43,446 bases of DNA, taken from the NCBI GenBank assembly GCA_041178425.1, contig JBEGVH010000041.1, positions 1-43,446 of the forward strand. The letters run 5' to 3'. Origin of the DNA: Pseudomonadota bacterium. GTDB taxonomy: Bacteria > Bdellovibrionota > Bdellovibrionia > Bdellovibrionales > Bdellovibrionaceae. Below, one piece after another: positions 1 through 8,435 of the stretch. Numbering within the stretch: the first letter of the stretch is position 1; each line of letters opens with the position of its first letter. Below the pieces are notes generated by a model. The model did not search any database. It saw only the letters and a list, made by a program, of their open reading frames with translations, and was not told the DNA's origin. Both the position numbers and the translations under genes were made by a program.

Positions 1-36
1 TGGATGCAACCCTCAAAAGTGATAGGAAGAAACTAA

Positions 37-822
37 TTAAAACGTATTTCGTAAATCGCGGAGTCGACCAAACTCCGCGATAGCATTTGAGTGGGTCAAG
101 GCACGGAGAAAAAGATTAGTCCGTTTTTCCTCAGATAACGAAAGGGGCACCGTCGGTTGATGGGATCGCCTGAGATCACGAACCTGCTCTCCCCGAAGCC
201 GAATGTCTTCGTCGTTACAAAGGCTCTCAGTGAAGCGTAAATTACTTTCAGTATACTCGTGCGCGCAATAAACCTCGGTAGCATCAGGAAGCGAAGTGAT
301 CTTATTTAACGACTCAATCATTTGTTCGTAAGTTCCTTCAAACACTCGACCACAACCAAAACCAAATAAAACATCGCCCGAAAACAAAATTGAATAATGA
401 TTGTTTTTAAGCCAATACGCTATGTGATCTAATGTATGCCCCGGAAGAGTTAAAACACAAACCTGAAAATCATCGATATACCACGATCCCGTTTTTTGCA
501 CTGAATGAGTTAATCCTGGGATGCGCCCTGGAATTTCTGCTGAGCCACGAACCTTACAAGAATAGTGTTGCTGCAACTCCAAAACCCCTCCAACGTGATC
601 GTGGTGGTGGTGGGTAATCCAAATCTCAGAAAGAGCTAGATGGCGTTCATCGAGGTACGATCTAATGGTTTCTGAATTGGGAGGATCGACTGCTATCACT
701 GCGCCCGTCGAAGCCTCCTCTAAAACAAAAACATAGTTATCTTTGAGACAGGGAAGAAGAGAAACAGTTAAAGAGCCATAGTCTTTAATAACCGCGCCTC
801 TATTTTTGTTCAATTCGCTCAC
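37..822 (-). CDS. gloB: Hydroxyacylglutathione hydrolase (glyoxalase II, metallo-beta-lactamase fold)
   Basis: Motifs DNY, THHHHDHVGG, PGHTLDH, FSGDVLF..GCGR, CAHEYT..N and E..TN.FLR. Start moved from 885 to the GTG at 822, which has AGGA upstream and lies just past the stop of the preceding gene. Confidence 0.93.
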   Translation of the reverse strand: MSELNKNRGAVIKDYGSLTVSLLPCLKDNYVFVLEEASTGAVIAVDPPNSETIRSYLDERHLALSEIWITHHHHDHVGGVLELQQHYSCKVRGSAEIPGRIPGLTHSVQKTGSWYIDDFQVCVLTLPGHTLDHIAYWLKNNHYSILFSGDVLFGFGCGRVFEGTYEQMIESLNKITSLPDATEVYCAHEYTESNLRFTESLCNDEDIRLRGEQVRDLRRSHQPTVPLSLSEEKRTNLFLRALTHSNAIAEFGRLRDLRNTF

Positions 823-829
823 AAACGTC

Positions 830-2104
830 CTACTCTTTTTGTTTCCAATACTCTCTAGCATTCTCTGCCGACTCTTGAAATTCAACCAATGGCTCGTAGG
901 TCCAAAAAGGTTTTAAAACTTCTAGCGTTTGCGAACGAATCTCTCGAAATGAATCCTTAGCTCCAGCCTGAAAAACACCTTCTAAATTGATGGCGGAGAC
1001 AGCCTTCGACGATTTTAGAATGATAAATTGCTGTATCTCTTGCTGCGTAGATTTTTGGTTGAGAGTACCCATTGATGCGTGCGTCTTTAAAAATTCACCA
1101 ACCGCGTCTTGCATTTTAAAATACAGTTCCGATTTGGCCTTCAGACGACCCAACTGGTCCACGAGACCCGAGACCAAAAAGGCGTACTCTGGACTCACCT
1201 GAATCGTTCCATTTCTGGCAACAGAAATTTCTACCAAAGACGTCTTTCTCTGAAGGTTCTTTTCTAAATCGGCCCTCGCTATTTCTAAAGAGAGACCTTT
1301 TACCTTCAAATCTTCAACAGTCGGAGCCCGTGTATAGGAAAAAGCTTCTGGCATTGCCTGCATACTCAAAGTTACCCATCGAAGAATTCTTCGAATTTCA
1401 TGAAGCCCCTCTTCCATGTGGATATCATAGGTCCAGGAATTTTGCTGAATCAAAGGCTTTAATTCCGTCGTCATTTTTTCATCGAGAGATTCAAACATGT
1501 CTCGCAAGGCTCGAAAAAGAAGTTTGCGTTCGCGCATCGCCGTATCAGGCCAATCAATTTCAGCTATCTGCTCATTGAGCTCTCGTATTTTTCTTTTGGT
1601 GTCACCGATCCAACCCGCTCTTTTCATGAGTTTAAACAACCGCTCGAGGTCCTTATTGGCCCCTTCTTCCAAGGTCTTAATAAATTCGGGGTCCATAAGG
1701 TAGGCTTCCGCGGCCGCTTGAAGTTCAAGTAATTCGGAATACTTTCCCATTTCATCTTCGAGCCGTTTAAAGTTTTCATCAACGATCGCTCTCAATGGTT
1801 TTCTGACCCCCTCACTTTTTTTATAGTGACGGAGAATTTGCCCAAAGACTTCTAAGATGAAAAACTGCTTTCGACCACCTTTGCCACCCTCTCGTGGGTC
1901 GGCAAGATAGACTTTGAGATCTTGAACGGAATGCACAAGTGAGAGATCAACTTCGATTTGATGGAGGTGCCTCTCCATTTTTTTAGCTACTGAGGGAACT
2001 CTCAACTGTAAAGAAGTTTTACAGAGGGGCGTCTTTGCGCCATGGGAGACACTCAACAAAAAAAAGCTAAACAGAAAATAACTAAGTAATATTCGAAGCA
2101 TCAT
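830..2104 (-). CDS. Secreted all-helical protein, possibly CHAD-domain-like
   Basis: Long ORF; signal peptide from M28 (MMLRILLSYFLFSFFLLSVSHG/A); motifs FKRLEDEMG, LHEIRRILRW and LVDQLGRLK resemble CHAD repeats. Confidence 0.6.
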   Translation of the reverse strand: MMLRILLSYFLFSFFLLSVSHGAKTPLCKTSLQLRVPSVAKKMERHLHQIEVDLSLVHSVQDLKVYLADPREGGKGGRKQFFILEVFGQILRHYKKSEGVRKPLRAIVDENFKRLEDEMGKYSELLELQAAAEAYLMDPEFIKTLEEGANKDLERLFKLMKRAGWIGDTKRKIRELNEQIAEIDWPDTAMRERKLLFRALRDMFESLDEKMTTELKPLIQQNSWTYDIHMEEGLHEIRRILRWVTLSMQAMPEAFSYTRAPTVEDLKVKGLSLEIARADLEKNLQRKTSLVEISVARNGTIQVSPEYAFLVSGLVDQLGRLKAKSELYFKMQDAVGEFLKTHASMGTLNQKSTQQEIQQFIILKSSKAVSAINLEGVFQAGAKDSFREIRSQTLEVLKPFWTYEPLVEFQESAENAREYWKQKE

Positions 2105-2218
2105 CAAATCGTCTAAACCCTTTTTTCGCTTTAAAACTGATCCTAATAACCACAATACGAACTCTGTGCCACGTAACGAAAACAACGACTTCTGTTCGTA
2201 TCATCCTGAGACTCACCA

Positions 2219-2247
2219 TTGAGGATCCGCAACGCTAACCGTATAAT
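2219..2247 (+). promoter_or_regulatory. sigma70-type promoter, probably leaderless transcript
   Basis: TTGAGG-N17-TATAAT, then 6 nt to ATG 2254; no Shine-Dalgarno. Confidence 0.65.
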
Positions 2248-2253
2248 TTAGAA

Positions 2254-2691
2254 ATGAAACCAGTTGTTTACAGAGGAACCATAACTCAATCAGAGCAGAA
2301 GAAGGCCTTTCAAGACGGGCATCTTTATTCGCTCGAACATATCAAAGGCATTACCAATGAGATGAAGTTTATTCTCTCCCGCTCTTCGCCCTATGGATTG
2401 TTTTTTCTGTATAAACAAAAAAGTAATAACCATCTCTGGATCAGCGGCCCCTTTAAAGGCAAAGAGACGAACTACTTTTTTTATTTAGGAAAACAACCCC
2501 TTCCAAAAGGAACCGGAACTTCTTTTGCCTCGGTCATTCGAAAAAACTTAGAAAATGATTGGAAGAAGTTCCGCGAAAACCAAAAAGACGAGGCCAGAGA
2601 TGTTGTTATCACTGACGTTGAATCTTTTCAGCGGTGGGCACGGTCGATCTTAAGCTTCGATGATGCCGCTTTTAGCGGTTATTTTGATTAA
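2254..2691 (+). CDS. Hypothetical protein (145 aa)
   Basis: ORF fills the gap between two minus-strand genes and has its own promoter; no family recognised. Confidence 0.7.
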   Translation: MKPVVYRGTITQSEQKKAFQDGHLYSLEHIKGITNEMKFILSRSSPYGLFFLYKQKSNNHLWISGPFKGKETNYFFYLGKQPLPKGTGTSFASVIRKNLENDWKKFRENQKDEARDVVITDVESFQRWARSILSFDDAAFSGYFD

Positions 2692-2696
2692 TTCGA

Positions 2697-3185
2697 TTAA
2701 AAGTCGTCGTAGTCGAGTTTGAATTCAGAAGGACTAGAAAAAATAATGAGTCTTTGATCGTAGGATTTATAATCAAGAACTCCTGTGGGATGATTCAGTT
2801 TATTATAAAGAGACTCCGCCGCAGACCCAGTCCAGCGAATGGTCACAGTTCTTCGAGATGAATCAATTCTTACTCCTGGCCATCGATAAATCATCAATGT
2901 TCCATCTACACGTCCCTTCGCGTTTTTTGTGAGCGCGATGGTCATGGCTTCTTTCCATTTTAATTTTTTTGTGGTCCCACTCCCAAAAAGGGAACTTGCT
3001 GACGCCCCTTTTAAGGCCTCATAGAGACGAATGGAGTCTTGATCTTCGCTTCCAACAGGACCCGAAGAAATATTAATTAAGGCTCTGTCTGCACCCATGG
3101 GAATGTGGGCGTGTGTGCCAGCTTGCACAGCCACCGAAACTGAAAAAAATAAGCTCATGAAAATAGCAAAATTAAGGCTCTTCAT
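2697..3185 (-). CDS. Secreted hypothetical protein
   Basis: Sec signal peptide (MKSLNFAIFMSLFFSVSVAVQA); AGGAG Shine-Dalgarno. Confidence 0.8.
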   Translation of the reverse strand: MKSLNFAIFMSLFFSVSVAVQAGTHAHIPMGADRALINISSGPVGSEDQDSIRLYEALKGASASSLFGSGTTKKLKWKEAMTIALTKNAKGRVDGTLMIYRWPGVRIDSSRRTVTIRWTGSAAESLYNKLNHPTGVLDYKSYDQRLIIFSSPSEFKLDYDDF

Positions 3186-3213
3186 AGTAACTCCTGTAGC
3201 GCCACAACCTAAT

Positions 3214-3243
3214 AAAAAAAGCCCGCAGAAGCGAGCTTTTTTT
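3214..3243 (-). terminator. Rho-independent terminator, possibly bidirectional
   Basis: Minus strand A7-GCTCGC-TTCT-GCGGGC-T7, 30 nt after the stop of 3273..3716. Confidence 0.8.
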
Positions 3244-3272
3244 CAGTGGTCTTAGACCTAGAGACGCTAAAA

Positions 3273-3716
3273 TTAAAAAGGAATGGTCACCAGAACATCA
3301 TCACCCACTGGGCCACGCGCCATCAGATCGTTCACGTCCTTAAAATCGGCATTGCCATTAGCGCCATAGGACCAAATATAGAGTATCGAATCTTTGTTTC
3401 CGTCACCCTTGACCTGAAAATAAAAGGGCTGCCCCCATGCATCACGCCCAACTTCTCCGTTAAGACTTCTGCGTGTCGCCACAGAATTCTCGGACTCAGA
3501 GGCCAATCCTCGCTCCGGTGCAGCTCCTGGAAGAAACACTTTTTGCTCAAACTTATCTTCGATAAGACGTCTTCCTACTATCTCAGCACGGCGAGAGGTT
3601 CTCTCTTCCGCACTAGGAACTCGATTTTTCTGAAGATAAGTCCAGATGAAAGTTGCCAGCGCTGCAACAATAATAACTCCGTACAAAATTCCAACTCTAT
3701 TTGATCCACGTCTCAT
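3273..3716 (-). CDS. GspG/T2SSG-like pseudopilin-domain membrane protein
   Basis: N-terminal TM helix; C-terminal DAWGQPFYF...IWSYGANG...GDD matches the GspG C-terminal signature; GGAGG SD; 9 nt gap from the upstream gene. Confidence 0.7.
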   Translation of the reverse strand: MRRGSNRVGILYGVIIVAALATFIWTYLQKNRVPSAEERTSRRAEIVGRRLIEDKFEQKVFLPGAAPERGLASESENSVATRRSLNGEVGRDAWGQPFYFQVKGDGNKDSILYIWSYGANGNADFKDVNDLMARGPVGDDVLVTIPF

Positions 3717-3725
3717 GAGTTCCTC

Positions 3726-5102
3726 CTACGGACAGCACTTATATTGAACGGTTAGATTTACACCAGGAGCCAATGCAGGAGTGAAAGTCATCTTACTTCC
3801 AGACAAGGTCCAGGTATACCCAGAAGGAAGAGTCACTACTGGAGTTCCCGAGGGAACACATTCCAGATCAACACTGCTCACCGTTGAAACGATAGCATCC
3901 TTAAAATATTTCAAGTTGGTCGAGTAATCGCTATCGCATATATTACCCACAGTTCCACTGGTCATATTAGCTAGTTCAATGTACTTCGTTCCAACAAACG
4001 ACAAGCTTCCTTGAGTGTCTTGCGATTGCTTACACTGATTATCAGGAACCACGATGCTGTTGACAGCCATTCGTTTGCCCGCCCCAAAAACAGCATTCGC
4101 AGTGTTCACGAAAGTTGATGGAAGATTTTGAACTCCCAGTGCCTGGTATTGCTGAGAACTGAGCGACTGATTACCACCCACTGATCTCTCATCTTCATCA
4201 GAAATAATAATTGCAGCAAAAGCAGATCCGCTTCGATAGCAAGGATAAACAGGGTTATTTAACATCGATAAAATAGAGGCTTTGATACCCTGCTCGTCAT
4301 TGCTATAACCTGAGCCAAGATCATTAATCGTTTGTTGGAACACCGCCGAGAGATTCGCCGTTGCTTTGGTGAGAATTCTTGAATTCGTGCCCGACCACTT
4401 TATCGGCCGTCCCTCATAGTAACTCACATCTGTTGTGGTAATACACATTTGCCAATCGATATTTGCCGACTGCAGATCTGTCACAAAACCATTCAATCGT
4501 TGCGAAAGCTTCGTGTTATCAGGAGTCATAGACGATGAATCATCAACCACAATCAAAATATCTACTTGGTTATTTCCGGTTGGGACATTCACTGCGAGTG
4601 ATTTATCAATTGGATTACAGCTACAAGCCTGTGTATTACAAACTTGCTGAGTGGCTGGCTTTTCTCCGGTGCATGAGCTGTCTGGTTTTACACCCGTAGT
4701 ATCTCGACACTCAACAGTTCGAAATTGATTTCCTCCTCCACAGGTAGCATTACAATCACCCCAAGAGCCAACATTCCAGGCTGGAGATCCGCCGCAGGAT
4801 TGACCATTACACTCTTGAGTCGCAGCCGGCTTGGCCTCTTTACAACGCTCTTCTGGAACGAGCTGATTATTTTTATTCACACAGGTCACTTCTCTGGATT
4901 GCTGACCAACACCGCAAGCCTGGGAGCACATTCCCCAAGCTCCCACCTTCCAAACAGAAGTACCATCTTCGGGTGGCCACGTTGGCGTGGGAGTGTTTAA
5001 ACAGGCAGGATCTGTGCAAGAGGTGCTTTTCGCTGAAAAGCGCACAGGAGAACAAGCCATTAAACCGGCAAAAAGAATCAAGAAAACTGAAGTCTTCAAC
5101 AT
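3726..5102 (-). CDS. Lipoprotein with two thrombospondin type-1 (ADAMTS-like) repeats and a vWA/MIDAS domain
   Basis: Lipobox LMA-C from the M17 start; two WxxGxWxxCxxxCGxGxQxRxVxC...C...KP...C repeats (~4952-4794 and ~4778-4623); DILIVVDDSSSM (DxSxS) and IISDEDE. Confidence 0.88.
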   Translation of the reverse strand: MLKTSVFLILFAGLMACSPVRFSAKSTSCTDPACLNTPTPTWPPEDGTSVWKVGAWGMCSQACGVGQQSREVTCVNKNNQLVPEERCKEAKPAATQECNGQSCGGSPAWNVGSWGDCNATCGGGNQFRTVECRDTTGVKPDSSCTGEKPATQQVCNTQACSCNPIDKSLAVNVPTGNNQVDILIVVDDSSSMTPDNTKLSQRLNGFVTDLQSANIDWQMCITTTDVSYYEGRPIKWSGTNSRILTKATANLSAVFQQTINDLGSGYSNDEQGIKASILSMLNNPVYPCYRSGSAFAAIIISDEDERSVGGNQSLSSQQYQALGVQNLPSTFVNTANAVFGAGKRMAVNSIVVPDNQCKQSQDTQGSLSFVGTKYIELANMTSGTVGNICDSDYSTNLKYFKDAIVSTVSSVDLECVPSGTPVVTLPSGYTWTLSGSKMTFTPALAPGVNLTVQYKCCP

Positions 5103-5259
5103 CTTACAACATCCTTGTTGTTTTATTATGTTCAGAATAGCCAGCATCATAGGATTGAGGCCAGCACAAATTCAGCATCGCCAGACCTTTGCCTAGACCA
5201 ATTTAATAACACATAAATGAAGACGAAACCCTATAAGCGTTCCAACCGTCATTCAAAAT

Positions 5260-7869
5260 CTATTTAGCTTTCAATAGCGGCTTTAAAAAGGGACCGGTCA
5301 CACTTTTTGAGTTTTTGACGATAACCTCAGGCGTTCCTTCCGCAACAATCTGCCCTCCTTTGCGTCCTGCCTCTGGGCCTAGATCAATGACGTGGTCGGC
5401 AATCTTAATAATCTCCAGGTTGTGCTCAATCACGAGCACGGTATTTCCCTGGTCCGCGAGTTCGTGCAGCAGTTCCGCCAACCGACGTACGTCATCAAAA
5501 TGAAGACCTGTTGTTGGTTCATCTAAAATATAGAGAGTGCTTCCGGTTCCCCGCTTAGACAGCTCCCGACTCAACTTGATTCTTTGAGCTTCACCTCCAC
5601 TGAGAGTGGTGGAACTTTGACCAAGCGTCATATAATCAAGCCCCACCCGATGAAGAGTCTCTAACTTGCGATAGATATTTTGGTGATGTTTAAAATAATC
5701 AAGGGCCTCTTCCACCGAAAACTCAAGCACATCGGCAATCGATTTGCCCCTATGCTTAACTGCTAAAATCTCACGGCTATAGCGTCGCCCTTCGCACACT
5801 TCACAAGGAACAAACACATCACTCAAAAAGTGCATCTCTAATTTAATTTGCCCTTGGCCCTGGCAATTTTCACAGCGACCACCTTTAACATTAAAACTAA
5901 ACTGACCCGGTTTATAACCCCTCACCTTTGATTCAGGCAATTGAGCAAACAAATCACGAATAAGAGGAAAAAGCCCAACGTACGTTGCTGGCGTTGAACG
6001 AGGAGTTCGACCGATTGGCTTTTGATTGATATCAATCACCTTATTGATGAATTCCAGCCCCTTAAATTGCTTGAAAGGAGCTGGTTCAACCGAGGCGCCG
6101 TTAATTTCGCGGGCTAATATTTTATAGAGAGTGTCCATGATGAGAGTGGATTTTCCACTGCCACTCACACCAGAAACAACCGTCAAAGTTCCCAGCGGAA
6201 TCTTTAAGTTGACCCTTTGAAGATTATTACCAGTAGCCTCGATCACTTCAAAAAAGCGACCATGGCCGGTTCTTCGCTCTACTGGAACTGGAATCCTCAC
6301 TTCTCCACGCAAATATTTTCCGGTAAGACTCTCTGGATTATTTCTAATTTCATCCAAAGATCCTTCCGCCATCAGTCGCCCCCCGAGCTTTCCTGCACGA
6401 GGCCCTAAGTCGATAATGTGATCAGCATAACAAATAGTATCTTCGTCGTGTTCTACCATAATCACGGTATTACCACGATCGCGAAGCTCCCCAATAATCG
6501 TTAGTAATTTTTGGTGATCCCTAGGATGAAGACCAATGCTGGGCTCATCTAAAACATAGAGAACTCCAACCAGAGAAGATCCAACCTGACTTGCTAAACG
6601 CAATCGCTGGGACTCTCCTCCCGACAAAGTTTGCACAGAACGATTGACGCTTAAATAACCCGTCCCAACGCGTATTAAATAATCGAGCTTCTCCAAGAGC
6701 GGGCGCAGAATTTTTTCACCCAATACTTTTTGTTTACTTTGAAAATTTCGATGAGCAAACCAATCTTGAAGGTCCTCCAGAGATAAATTTGACAACTGAG
6801 AAATAGTGGCACCATCTATTTTCACGCTCAGGGCCTCGGGGCACAAACGAGCTCCCTCACAGGCTCCGCAGGGTTTTAAAACTGTTTCATATTCCTCTTC
6901 ACCATCTTCATCTTGAAGCTTTTTACCATCGCGGCGATGATAGGTTACTTTTTTCAGCTGCCTTGTTCCTTCATCCGACACACCGAACTCGTTTTCTTCA
7001 ATGACATCCAAAGTTCCTAAGCCGTGACACTCTTTGCACGCTCCCCTTGGATGATTAAAGCTAAATAGCCTCGGTTCGAGCTCAGGAAAACTAAAACCAC
7101 AATCCGGGCAAACAGACTTTAACGAAAAGAGCGTTCGCTCACCGTTCATTTTTTCGATGACCAATCGACCCTGTGCCATGCTCAGCGCTGCATTGACACT
7201 CGTTTTGATTCGCTCTTGCAGATTAGATTTCACCATCAGCTGATCGACCACGAGATCAATCGTGTGGGCTTTGGTTTTTGCCAGTTTTTTAGGAGCACTG
7301 AGATCCATAAAGGTGCCATCAACACGCGCCTTTAAAAATCCTTTTTGAGCCCACTTTTGAAACTCCTTAAGAAACTCACCTTTTTTATTCTCAGCCATTG
7401 GAGCCAACAAAAGAAACTTTGTATTTTCTGGCCACGACATGAGCGTTGAAACAATTTGCGCCGGAGTCTGACTCGACAGCGGACGATGATGAGTCGGACA
7501 CTCGGGTGTTCCAATTTTAGCAAAAAGAAGTCGAAGATAATCATAAACTTCAGTAACAGTGCCGACCGTTGAACGTGGATTGGTAGAAACAGATTTTTGA
7601 TCAATAGCAATCGCTGGCGAAAGACCAGTCATCGAATCCACTTCGGGCTTTTTCATTTGCTCTAGGAACTGTCGAGCATAATTGGAAAGACTTTCGATAT
7701 ATCGACGATGGCCTTCGGCATAGACCGTTTCAAAAGCTAGGGAGGATTTACCGCTTCCACTGAGTCCGGTCATCACCGTGATTTTATTTCGAGGAATTCG
7801 CACCGAAACATCTTGAAGATTGTGTTCCCGCGCCCCCTTGACCACAATTCCATCAAAATCTTCAGTCAT
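5260..7869 (-). CDS. uvrA: Excinuclease ABC subunit A
   Basis: GAREHNL; two Walker A motifs (GLSGSGKSS, GVSGSGKST); LSGGE signatures; FSFN..GGRCE zinc fingers; GGAGG SD. Confidence 0.98.
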   Translation of the reverse strand: MTEDFDGIVVKGAREHNLQDVSVRIPRNKITVMTGLSGSGKSSLAFETVYAEGHRRYIESLSNYARQFLEQMKKPEVDSMTGLSPAIAIDQKSVSTNPRSTVGTVTEVYDYLRLLFAKIGTPECPTHHRPLSSQTPAQIVSTLMSWPENTKFLLLAPMAENKKGEFLKEFQKWAQKGFLKARVDGTFMDLSAPKKLAKTKAHTIDLVVDQLMVKSNLQERIKTSVNAALSMAQGRLVIEKMNGERTLFSLKSVCPDCGFSFPELEPRLFSFNHPRGACKECHGLGTLDVIEENEFGVSDEGTRQLKKVTYHRRDGKKLQDEDGEEEYETVLKPCGACEGARLCPEALSVKIDGATISQLSNLSLEDLQDWFAHRNFQSKQKVLGEKILRPLLEKLDYLIRVGTGYLSVNRSVQTLSGGESQRLRLASQVGSSLVGVLYVLDEPSIGLHPRDHQKLLTIIGELRDRGNTVIMVEHDEDTICYADHIIDLGPRAGKLGGRLMAEGSLDEIRNNPESLTGKYLRGEVRIPVPVERRTGHGRFFEVIEATGNNLQRVNLKIPLGTLTVVSGVSGSGKSTLIMDTLYKILAREINGASVEPAPFKQFKGLEFINKVIDINQKPIGRTPRSTPATYVGLFPLIRDLFAQLPESKVRGYKPGQFSFNVKGGRCENCQGQGQIKLEMHFLSDVFVPCEVCEGRRYSREILAVKHRGKSIADVLEFSVEEALDYFKHHQNIYRKLETLHRVGLDYMTLGQSSTTLSGGEAQRIKLSRELSKRGTGSTLYILDEPTTGLHFDDVRRLAELLHELADQGNTVLVIEHNLEIIKIADHVIDLGPEAGRKGGQIVAEGTPEVIVKNSKSVTGPFLKPLLKAK

Positions 7870-7878
7870 AGTGCCTCC

Positions 7879-8376
7879 CTAGGCCTCCGGATTTAACTTC
7901 TGACAATCCGAGCATCGACCATACAATTCTAAAACATGACCGGTTAGCTCAAACCCCAGCTCACTGGCCACTTTTTCTTGCAAGTTTTCGATGGCATAAT
8001 TCTCAAACTCAACAATTTTTCCGCATTCAATACAACTCATATGATCATGATGGCGCGAAGGAGCCAATTCGTAACGCGCCGGAAGACCACCCATTCGAAC
8101 TTCAGAAACAAATTTATACTCGGTGAGTTTTCTCAAAAACCGATAAACGGTGGCGAATCCAATTTCTGGAAATTTTCGATGCACAAGCTCGAACACCTCT
8201 TGGGCAGTAAAATGCTGCCTTCCAAGGGATAGCACCTCTAGAATGGCCTGCCTCTGATGGGTGACTTTTAGATGCATTTCTCGAATGATCTTTTTGATTT
8301 CAGCATCGGTTAAACGATGCTGTTTATTGGTCTTTGATTTTTGAGATTGAGAACGAGGTAATTTCAATGATTCCAT
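7879..8376 (-). CDS. fur: Fur-family transcriptional regulator (ferric uptake regulator-like)
   Basis: T.QR..IL, H.TA.E, ATVYR, HHDH..C..CG and C-terminal CxxC. Confidence 0.9.
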   Translation of the reverse strand: MESLKLPRSQSQKSKTNKQHRLTDAEIKKIIREMHLKVTHQRQAILEVLSLGRQHFTAQEVFELVHRKFPEIGFATVYRFLRKLTEYKFVSEVRMGGLPARYELAPSRHHDHMSCIECGKIVEFENYAIENLQEKVASELGFELTGHVLELYGRCSDCQKLNPEA

Positions 8377-8385
8377 AGGCCTAGA

Positions 8386-8414
8386 AACTTAGGAGACCCA
8401 GAAACCCTTGTCTA
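8386..8414 (-). promoter_or_regulatory. sigma70-type promoter for fur-uvrA
   Basis: Minus strand TAGACA-N17-TAAGTT, 9 nt before the fur ATG. Confidence 0.55.
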
Positions 8415-8420
8415 GCTATT

Positions 8421-8435
8421 TGAGAATTATTATCA
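8421..8435. promoter_or_regulatory. Fur box (7-1-7)
   Basis: TGAGAAT-T-ATTATCA, one mismatch to TGATAATnATTATCA, 45 nt upstream of fur. Confidence 0.75.

Noticed and set aside
3246..3704. 152-aa + ORF
   Set aside because: Antisense shadow of the GspG-like gene, which has an SD, motifs and a terminator
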